Positions 50,001-60,926 of a DNA stretch of 64,000 nt are shown here, in pieces; the first letter of the stretch is position 1; every line of letters begins with the position of its first letter. The stretch comes from Macrostomum lignano (lineage: Eukaryota). The position numbers were made by a program, and so were the translations under genes. The stretch covers positions 1-64,000 of the forward strand of contig NIVC01001686.1 in NCBI GenBank assembly GCA_002269645.1, read 5' to 3'. Below the pieces are notes generated by a model that was given only the letters and a program-made list of their open reading frames with translations, did no database searches and had not been told where the DNA came from.

Positions 50001-51901
50001 ATGTCGTCCTCCATGTCTGGCTGGCTCACTTCCTCCAACATCTCTGGACGGGAGGATCTGGTGCACATTGCGAAGCTCGCCGAGCAGGCTGAGCGATATG
50101 ACGACATGGCGACTGCCATGAAGGCCGTGACTGAAAAAGGTCAGGAGCTGGGTAATGAGGAGAGAAATCTGCTCTCTGTTGCCTACAAAAACGTTGTCGG
50201 CGCTAGGAGGTCTTCGTGGCGTGTGATCTCTAGCATCGAGAGCAAGACCGAGGGCAGCGAGAGGAAGCAGTCAATGGCTAAAGAATACCGTCAGAAGATT
50301 GAGAGCGAACTGCAGAGGATCTGCAAGGAAGTGTTGGTAAGTCGCTCATCATTTTGAAAGTAAATTGAAATTTATGTAACGTTGTTATTATGGCATGGAG
50401 CTTGTCGCTTATTGCCATATTGTATAGTACTAGTATCTTATTAATTATTAATTTAAAAAGTTCACAGGTAATGTCAATGACAATGTTCAGTGACTGATCA
50501 ATAATAATATTAGCCCTTTAGCATTAGGGAATTAAAAATACAAATTCTCATAGGTAGGGGCCTAGGCTAGTATCAATGCCAATTGCTAATAGTATCATCT
50601 AATATGGCAAAATCTATTGCTAGTACTGGTATCAATTAGACATGTCTTGTGATTCTTAAATTTAAGATTAGGCCTAAGACAATTATATTTTAATTTTTGT
50701 TACACTTAAGCTATAAGGTAAATATAGTCAATTTAATTTAATAATACTTGTTGCTCTAAATCTATATTATTCATTATTACAATAAAATAATTTTAGTAAG
50801 TATAGATGATTCTTAGACTGTTTTATTGTTAAACTATTGATTAAATGATAAAGTAATATATTTGTGATAAATTTAAAGAAAACATATCTATAAAGACTAT
50901 ATCAATGATATGGCCTATCATAGCTTCAGTTTTTTTGTTGAGTATATTTTTTTGTAATTCTTGCATGCTTAATCAAATTCATGAATATTATATAATTAAT
51001 AAAGTAATCCTATAAATAACTGAATAATTCAAATTAATTTTTTTAAATGTTAGCAAAAATTTGGTTTTGTTGAACTCAACTTTCAATGCATGAAGACTGA
51101 AATCTGTATAGTAAGGTGCAACATTAAGGATTAAGCTTGAAAATTTGCATGATTCTGTTTGTTTGATCCCATTTTTTGCTTCTAGTGCATGTTGGTACAA
51201 TAATGTTTGCTGTGTTATGCCATTTTTTCAACTAACATTTTTAGAGCCTCTTGGATGACTACCTAATTAAGAATGCTCCTAACTCGGAGTCGAAGGTTTT
51301 CTACTTCAAGATGAAGGGCGATTATTTCCGCTACCTAGCCGAGGTGGCCACCGGCGACGAGCGCAAGAATGTTGTCGACAGCTCCGAGGGCGCCTACAAG
51401 TCCGCCACTGACCACGCCGAAACTGAGCTGGCCACCACCCATCCCATCCGCCTTGGCCTGGCCCTCAATTATTCAGTGTTCTTCTACGAGATCAAGAACG
51501 ACCCGGAGCGGGCTTGCCAACTGGCCAAGAAGGTGGGTGATTTGTTTATTTCACGATGGCTTGCTGTAAATTTTACTGGCCTTTTAAGCACTTGGATGAT
51601 TTTAAAGTTCTCGTCGCACTTTTTTTATACAGGCCTTCGACAATGCGATTGCGGATCTCGACGATCTGGCCGAAGAGTCCTACAAGGATTCCACTCTGAT
51701 AATGCAGTTGCTGAGGGACAATCTGACTGTAAGTATATTAGCAAATTTATTAAATTCTGTCCAAGAGATCAATTTCTTTTCATTTAATATAAATTATTAC
51801 ACAATACACTTTTCTGATTAATTGTTTCTCCAAACCCTTCAAATTTGCAGCTCTGGACCTCCGAGCAGGGCGGCGACGATGGCGAACAGCAGGACAACTG
51901 A
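50001..51901 (+). CDS. 14-3-3: 14-3-3 protein, proximal isoform/copy A (256 aa)
   Basis: Exons 50001-50336, 51245-51532, 51633-51728, 51851-51901, all phase 0 and GT-AG. Motifs [76 protein letters not shown]. Confidence 0.96.
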
Positions 51902-53704
51902 AATTAATTTATTAATAATTAATCATAAATCATACTAAGCGCAAATGTAGTACAGAAGCAACACTCGCTACACGAATCAAACCAGTTTATTCAATTAGTT
52001 ACTGAAGTATTTGAGACCATTATTGAACACATTCAACACGGACTGGCATATTAATAATAACTTATATATGTATACAATTTAATGTAATATACGCGTACTT
52101 GTTCTCTGCTAAGCATACAAGACTGACTAAAAGTACTAAATGCTAATCTTAGGCGTTGGTTTTGACCGCAACTGAGGCGTGTAAATCTTGCTGTGTTTCT
52201 TTTTAAAAACAAAGTCTGTCATTGGATTATAGAATAGCATAAATTGCTTCGCGCATTCTGCATATATATTTTTTACAAATTCGGTATATATATTTATAGA
52301 TCTATATTAGCGTAAATAGTGGATTTCAAAAGAAATGAGTTTTTTACGCTGAGAGAGATGGTTTCGCACAACAAGTCAAAGTAAAGAATGGACTTTTACT
52401 ATATATCTAGCCAGGCATAAAATTAGCAAAGAACTAGGCTTGTTATCTGTTGTCCGTGGCTAATATTATTCGTCAAATAATCTTTGAGCATCGTATAAAG
52501 CTTATTTGAGCTACTTTTTTTAGTTGGCGTGCTTTTCAATTTGTCCATCCGTAAGCTTTTCTGTTATCAACTTTATTAACCCTATATAAACTCGACCTCT
52601 CTTTTCGGCCACCCTTTTTCTACTGTCTCGAATCAGTCAAATCTGCGTTTAGGCGAAAGAAAGCTTTGGTTGAGCTTTAATTATTTGGTTATTATTAGTT
52701 AAAAAATCTGCCGTTAGAGTCAATTCTATTCAGGTCAGCATCTAAGTAGTAATGCTAGAATTCGTTAATATATTTCAGAAACCGTAGTTGGTTTGTTAGT
52801 ATTTTATATATAACTGTGTAAGCAAAGCACAAAGTTGCATTCAAGTTATTATTATTCACAATAGGAATTCGGTACGCCTCTGGCGAAACGGTGTTCTAAG
52901 ATCTGTCGCTTTGTACTCAGTCTGCAGCATCGTCAGTCTGTCCTTTTTGGCTTTTTGAGCTTGATCAATAAAAATAAGCTTTCTTATCCAATTCAACACA
53001 CCCAAATATATATTTGGCCTTGCTGCGCTTGACTTCAAATCAATTACTAATTTCTGCTTTGAAAAGCATGTGCGTTGTTTTCTGTTGCATGAGCATGCAG
53101 AAGATTGGAATGTTGCATTATAATATGTAGTGTGCTCTGCTCATTGTACCTGAGTAACAAAACCAATCAAATATCAATTATTACGCATTTCAGTGTCTTA
53201 AAATAGCACGTTGAGCTTAATCCACATCAGCCGCAGAAAATATAATATATGGCTCCGCGTTCTCTAAAATTCCTGAAACCCTATTTTCAACCGGAAAAGC
53301 AACAACAAGTATAGAAGTGGCTCAGGTGTTTCATTCCTTTTGCCCTGCCCATATTTGGAGAATCTTTCACTGATCTACGAGAGCGCATATTGCGTAAACA
53401 AGAAAAATCTGATCAAAAAGTAATAATTTCGTACACTCAATTTGCCCTACTTTCAGTAATAAAGGGTGCTTTGTATGTCGATTTTCAGTCAGTACAATAG
53501 AAAACCAAATAGTTCAGCGGATTAAACACTGGTAAGGTTTTTACAAGGCCCTTATTTTATGAAGCTTCTTATAGCCACGATCAAACTAAATAAATGAACA
53601 AAATTACATGTGCACTATGCAACACGCTTTTGGAACTGCTAAATTGGTATTTAAAAATCCCCGGCCAATATATTAATAAATTGATCTGTCTCACGAAATG
53701 CCAG

Positions 53705-54079
53705 GACCTTCTCGACGAGCATCTGATCCAGAAGGCCACTCTGTCTGAGAGTCGAGTGTTCTACCTAAAGATGAAAGGCGATTATTACAGATATCTTGCC
53801 GAGGTAAGAATTCTTATAATTACCAATGTTGTACGAGTATGTACAATTGTACAATGTACATATACGAGCCGTACCATTTAGTGATTTGGAGGGTGAGAGT
53901 AAAAGTATAGAGATGCAGGGAGCTGGGCGACGAGGTTAAATACAGCTAGTATTGTTTTTGAGAGAGTAATATTTCAGAGAGGGTGATCAAGCGGAGTTGG
54001 GAGGGCGAAGGAGAAAGCAGAGTTGGGAGGGCGAGGGAGAGAGCAGAGAGTTGCGAGGGCGAGGGAGAGAGAGCCGGGA

Positions 54080-54165
<86 letters not shown>

Positions 54166-54210
54166 AGATTTGGGAGGGTAAGAGAGAGGAGAGAGAGCAG
54201 ATTTGGGAGG

Positions 54211-54241
<31 letters not shown>

Positions 54242-54287
54242 CAGATTTGGGAGGGTAAGAGAGAGGAGAGAGAGCAGATTTGGGAGG

Positions 54288-54343
<56 letters not shown>

Positions 54344-54453
54344 GGCGCCTCCAATCTCAGGCACGGACGCGGTACATGTAAAAAGGACAAACAAGTCAAG
54401 TTGATTTAAGTTGCCGATATTTCGAATTAGGTAAATTCTTCGTCAGGGCAAGT

Positions 54454-54552
<99 letters not shown>

Positions 54553-56590
54553 TCGGGAGGGCGAGAGAGAGTCAAGATCAGTTGGAAATTCTCGTCTCTG
54601 CATGTACATCCACAAATATTTGCAGCACAAATTAAGTATTTGCCTCACTGATCTCAACGCCGCAGACCGCGGTCCTCAAACCATCCTCAAAGTACTTGTC
54701 AATCCCTCGCACACGCAGGTGGCAGTTGGCGAGCAGCGCACAGACGTGGTCGACAAGAGCATGGAGGCTTACAAAGCGGCTACGAAAAGTGCGGAAGAGA
54801 AACTGCCCACCACTCATCCGATTCGGCTGGGCCTGGCGCTGAACTTCTCCGTTTTCTACTACGAGATCCGCAGCGAGCCAGACCAGGCCTGCCAGCTCGC
54901 CAAGAAAGCCTTCGACGAGGCCATCGCCGAGCTTGATAATCTGCCAGAGGATTCTTACAAGGATAGCACGCTCATTATGCAGCTGCTTCGGGACAACCTC
55001 ACGGTAAGGCTGCTCACATGTTGTTTTTTATTGTAGCCGAAAATACCATTTTAGAAGATTTTCGCCACAGGAATCCCATATTGGATGATTTTAGCTACAG
55101 GAATCCCATTTGGGAGATTTTAGCGACAGGATTCCCATTTTTGATTATTTTAGCTTCAGAAATCCCATTTTGGATGATTTTAGCTACAGGAATCCCATTT
55201 TAGGATTTTTATCCAGGAATCCCTACTTTGGGAGATTTTAGCGACAGGAATCTCATTTTGGGAGATTTTAGCCACAGGAATCCCATTTGGGAGATTTTAG
55301 CCACAGGATTCCCATTTTGGATGATTTTAGCCACCTAGGATTCCCATTTTTGGATTTTTTATCCAGGAATCCCTACTTTGGGAGATTTTAGCGACAGGAA
55401 TCCCATTTTGGATGATTTTAGCGACAGGAATCCCATTTTGGATGATTTTAGCTACAGGAATCCCATTTTGGATGATTTTAGCTACAGGAATCCCATTTGG
55501 GAGATTTTAGCGACAGGATTCCCATTTTGGATGATTTTAGCTACAGGAATCCCATTTTGGGAGATTTTAGCTACAGGATTCCCATTTTGGATGATTTTAG
55601 CTACAGGAATCCCATTTTTGGATTTTTTATCCAGGAATCTTTACTTTGGGAGATTTTAGCGACAGGAATCCCATTTTAGGAGATTTTAGCTACAGAAATC
55701 CCATTTTGGATGATTTTAGCTACAGGATTCCCATTTTTGGATTTTTTATCCAGGAATCCCTACTTTGGGAGATTTTAGCGACAGAAATCTGATTTTGGGA
55801 GATTTTTAGCGAAATGAGTCGTGATTTTAGCCAAGAATCCCAATTAGTGTGGATGAGGAGGAGTGGGTAGGAGGGGCAGATTCCGGAGGGAATGAGGGGC
55901 GGATTCCGGAGGAAATGAGGGGATCCAGGAATCCGTTTTGGGAGATTTTAGCTACAGAAATCCCATTTTGAATGATTTTAGCTACAGGAATCCCATTTTC
56001 GGAAATTTTTAGCGACAGGAATCCCATTGTGGGAGATTTTATCCAGGAATCCCTTTTTGGGAGATGTTAGCGACAGAAATCCCATTTTGCGAGATTTTAA
56101 GTGACAGGAATCCCATTTTGGAAGATTTTAGCCACAGGAATCCCATTTTGGGAGATTTTTAGCGACAGGAATCCCATTGTGGGAGATTTTATCCAGGAAT
56201 CCCTTTTTGGGAGATGTTAGCGACAGAAATCCCATTTTGGGAGATTTTATCCAGGAATTCTTACTTTGGGAGATTTTAGTGACAGGAATCCCATTTGGAA
56301 GATTTTTAGCGAAAGGAGTCCTATTTTGGATGATTTTAGCCAAGAATCCCATTTTGGGATTTTTTGTATAGGAATCTCATTACCGACGGGAATCCCACAT
56401 TGGAAGATTTTTAGCGACAGTAATCCCATTTTGGAAGTCTCCTTTCAGCCAATACTGCACCACTAAACCAAATCTTTAAGTGTAAACTACATGTTGCTCA
56501 TAGTTTATCCGCAATCCTGTTTTACAATAACAGCTGTGGACATCTGAGCAGGATGCTGGAGAAGATGCTGATGGCGGGGATCATCATTGA
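53705..56590 (+). CDS. 14-3-3: 14-3-3 C-terminal exon set B (no separate N-terminal exon seen; probably spliced to exon 50001-50336)
   Basis: Exons 53705-53803 (DLLDEHL...DYYRYLAE), 54719-55003 (VAVGEQR...RDNLT) and 56534-56590 (LWTSEQ...HH-TGA). All are phase 0, open and have canonical splice sites. Confidence 0.9.
53995..54545. repeat. (GA)n microsatellites and GA-rich repeats in a 14-3-3 B intron
   Basis: GA runs at ~54085-54160, 54295-54342 and 54455-54545, with agcagatttgggagggtaag spacers. Confidence 0.93.
55050..56430. repeat. Degenerate 30-bp minisatellite in the last 14-3-3 B intron
   Basis: Unit gattttagc(t/g)acaggaatcccattttggat. Confidence 0.92.
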
Positions 56591-57344
56591 GCAGAGAATG
56601 CGTTTCTATCCAATGCGCTGCATAGAGACAAGGTCACCCATAATCAAATCATTATATCATCGTTGCTGCAGCCGCAGACAAGTAGAAGTACATCGCTTGC
56701 AGTCTGCACTTTATTTATAAATTTAGCGTCAGTTATTTCACAGACTTTATTTGACAAGAAATGCCTCTCCTACAGTATTTATGGCTACTATAAATTTAAT
56801 AGCAAGGTGTTAGTTCATATTTTTTTGGTCTCGCATGCCTAGTTGACTTTTGGCTATAAGCCGCTTACAATTATATTTATAAGATTGTTCACTGCCGTTT
56901 AAAGTGGACCTCAACTATCAAGTCGCATAAATTGTTCTTTACTGGACGCTTAGTAGATTAACCAAATTCAGCAATATCTTAATTATTTCTCTCGCAAACC
57001 AGCAAATATATCACCGGGATATCTGCTTTCCTATCCACCGAATGCTTTCCTTTGTTTAAGTATCTAATTTAAACGATTCTAATTTTGTTAAAATCTATTC
57101 GAAAAACTATTGATTTAAAGTTATTGACAAAAATTTAACGAAGCTCTACGCTAGTAAAAACAAGTACAAATTAAATTATTTTCTCTTTTGTTTAAGTTTC
57201 CCTAAAAAAATAAATATTTCGAATCTTTAAAGCCTGGAGCTTATATTGCTTTCAATTGTTGCCTTGCAGCAGCTGACTACTCCACGTTTTTCCTTTGCGT
57301 TCCTAAAGACTTTTTCTTCCATGCCATCTCTCTTTTGCCTAACC

Positions 57345-60300
57345 GTCTCCTCCTCCTACTCACTTCTCTCTCTACTCTCTCCTCTCCCTACTCTGCTCTC
57401 CCTACTCTCCTCTCCCTACTCTCCTCTCCCTACTCTCCTCTCCCTACTCTCCTCTCCCTACTCTCCTCTCCCTACTCTCCTCTCCCTACTCTCCTCTCCC
57501 TACTCTCCTCTCCCTACTCTCCTCTCCCTACTCTCCTCTCCCTACTCTGCTCTCCCTACTCTGATCTCCCTAGTCTCCTCTCCCTACTCTCTCCTCTCCC
57601 TACTCTGCTCTCCCTACTCTGCTCTCCCTACTCTGTTCTCCCTACTCTCTCCTCTCCCTACTCTCCTCTCCCTACTCTCTCCTCTCCCTACTCTCCTCTC
57701 CCTACTCTGCTCTCCCTACTCTCCTCTCCCTACTCTCCTCTCCCTACTCTCCTCTCCCTACTCTCCTCTCCCTACTCTCCTCTCCCTACTCTTCTCTCCC
57801 TACTCTTCTCTCCCTACTCTCCTCTCCCTACTCTCCTCTCCCTACTCTCTCCTCTCCCTACTCTCCTCTCCCTACTCTCCTCTCCCTACTCTCCTCTCCC
57901 TACTCTCCTCTCCCTACTCTGCTCTCCCTACTCTGCTCTCCCTACTCTGCTCTCCCTACTCTGCTCTCCCTACTCTGCTCTCCCTACTCTGATCTCCCTA
58001 GTCTCCTCTCCCTACTCTCTCCTCTCCCTACTCTGCTCTCCCTACTCTGCTCTCCCTACTCTGTTCTCCCTACTCTCTCCTCTCCCTACTGTCCTCTCCC
58101 TACTCTGCTCTCCCTACTCTGCACTCCCTACTCTGCTCTCCCTACTCTGCACTCCCTACTCTGCTCTCCCTACTCTGCTCTCCCTACTCTCTCCTCTCCC
58201 TACTCTCCTCTCCCTACTCTGCTCTCCCTACTCTGCTCTCCCTACTCTGCTCTCCCTACTCTGCTCTCCCTACTCTCCTCTCCCTACCCTCTCCTCTCCC
58301 TACTCTCTCCTCTCCCTACTCTGCTCTCCCTACTCTGCTCTCCCTACTCTGCTCTCCCTACTCTGCTCTCCCTACTCTGCTCTCCCTACTCTGCTCTCCC
58401 TACTCTGTTCTCCCTACTCTGCTCTCCCTACTCTGCTCTCCCTACTCTGCTCTCCCTACTCTGCTCTCCCTACTCTGTTCTCCCTACTCTCTCCTCTCCC
58501 TACTGTCCTCTCCCTACTCTGCTCTCCCTACTCTGCACTCCCTACTCTGCTCTCCCTACTCTGTTCTCCCTACTCTCTCCTCTCCCTACTGTCCTCTCCC
58601 TACTCTGCTCTCCCTACTCTGCTCTCCCTACTCTGCTCTCCCTAGTCTCCTCTCCATACTCTCTCCTCTCCCTACTCTGCTCTCTCTACTCTCTCTCCTC
58701 TCCCTACTCTCTCCTCTCCCTACTCTCCTCTCCCTACTCTGCACTCCCTACTCTCCTCTCCCTACTCTGCTCTCCCTACTCTGCTCTCCCTACTCTGCTC
58801 TCCCTACTCTGTTCTCCCTACTCTGCTCTCCCTACTCTGCTCTCCCTACTCTGCTCTCCCTACTCTGCTCTCCCTACTCTGTTCTCCCTACTCTCTCCTC
58901 TCCCTACTGTCCTCTCCCTACTCTGCTCTCCCTACTCTGCACTCCCTACTCTGCTCTCCCTACTCTCCTCTCCCTACTCTGCACTCCCTACTCTGCTCTC
59001 CCTACTCTGCTCTCCCTACTCTGCTCTCCCTACTCTGCTCTCCCTACTCTGCTCTCCCTACTCTGCTCTTCCTACTCTGCTCTCCCTACTCTGCTCTCCC
59101 TACTCTGCTCTCCCTACTCTCCTCTCCCTACCCTCTCCTCTCCCTACTCTCTCCTCTCCCTACTCTCCTCTCCCTACTCTCTCCTCTCCCTACTCTCCTC
59201 TCCCTACTCTCCTCTCCCTACTCTCCTCTCCCTACTCTCCTCTCCCTACTCTCCTCTCCCTACTCTCCTCTCCCTACTCTCCTCTCCCTACTCTCCTCTC
59301 CCTACTCTTCTCTCCCTACTCTTCTCTCCCTACTCTCCTCTCCCTACTCTCCTCTCCCTACTCTCTCCTCTCCCTACTCTCCTCTCCCTACTCTCCTCTC
59401 CCTACTCTCCTCTCCCTACTCTCCTCTCCCTACTCTGCTCTCCCTACTCTGCTCTCCCTACTCTGCTCTCCCTACTCTGCTCTCCCTACTCTGCTCTCCC
59501 TACTCTGATCTCCCTAGTCTCCTCTCCCTACTCTCTCCTCTCCCTACTCTGCTCTCCCTACTCTGCTCTCCCTACTCTGTTCTCCCTACTCTCTCCTCTC
59601 CCTACTGTCCTCTCCCTACTCTGCTCTCCCTACTCTGCACTCCCTACTCTGCTCTCCCTACTCTGCACTCCCTACTCTGCTCTCCCTACTCTGCTCTCCC
59701 TACTCTCTCCTCTCCCTACTCTCCTCTCCCTACTCTCTCCTCTCCCTACTCTGCTCTCCCTACTCTGCACTCCCTACTCTGCTCTCCCTACTCTGCTCTC
59801 CCTACTCTGCTCTCCCTACTCTGCTCTCCCTACTCTGCTCTCCCTACTCTGCTCTCCCTACTCTGCTCTCCCTACTCTCTCCTCTCCCTACTCTCCTCTC
59901 CCTACTCTGCTCTCCCTACTCTGCTCTCCCTACTCTGCTCTCCCTACTCTGCTCTCCCTACTCTGCTCTCCCTACTCTGCTCTCCCTACTCTGCTCTCCC
60001 TACTCTGCTCTCCCTACTCTGGTCTCCCTACTCTGCTCTCCCTACTCTGCTCTCCCTACTCTGCTCTCCCTACTCTGCTCTCCCTACTCTGCTCTCCCTA
60101 CTCTGCTCTCCCTACTCTGCTCTCCCTACTCTGCTCTCCCTAGTCTCCTCTCCATACTCTCTCCTCTCCCTACTCTGCTCTCTCTACTCTCTCTCCTCTC
60201 CCTACTCTGCTCTCCCTACTCTGCTCTCCCTACTCTGCTCTCCCTACTCTGCTCTCCCTACTCTGCTCTTCCTACTCTGCTCTCCCTACTCTGCTCTCCC

Positions 60301-60540
60301 TACTCTGTTCTCCCTACTCTGCTCTCCCTAGTCTCCTCTCCATACTCTCTCCTCTCCCTACTCTGCTCTCTCTACTCTCTCTCCTCTCCCTACTCTGCTC
60401 TCCCTACTCTGCTCTCCCTACTCTGCTCTCCCTACTCTCCTCTCCCTACTCTCCTCTCCCTACCCTCTCCTCTCCCTACTCTCTCCTCTCCCTACTCTCC
60501 TCTCTCTACTCCCTACTCTCTCTACTCTCTCCTCTCCCTC
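57345..60540. repeat. 14-bp pyrimidine-rich satellite (~3.2 kb)
   Basis: Unit ctactct(g/c)ctctcc, lying between the convergent 14-3-3 and MCT 3' ends. Confidence 0.96.
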
Positions 60541-60926
60541 AACCCACTCTCTTTTTACACGCCTATTTTCCACATCCTGATGATGAAAAAATGAGTCGAT
60601 TTGAATAAGTATCGGATTCTAAAATCGAATTTGAAGAACAGAACCAACTGATTATTGTCTCAGCAAAGATGATGAAAAGGAAAATTATCGAAATAGGAAC
60701 TCATACTTCAGTGGTTATTTTATCCAGCTTGTTTACTCAATGACACAGATTGGTTCAAGCTTATATGTAGCTGTCAGATTTATAATGTAGGCTGTAAATA
60801 TTTTCATACATGTACTGTATCAAATATTGTATCAATAGCATGCACACGTTTAGTTTTGAAAATTAAAAATATGATTTCAATACCAGTATGTCAGCTAATA
60901 AATCTTGTTCATCAAAACAGTGACTA

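Noticed and set aside
57246-58645. 248 aa and 436 aa Leu/Ser/Pro ORFs
   Set aside because: Translations of the 14-bp satellite.
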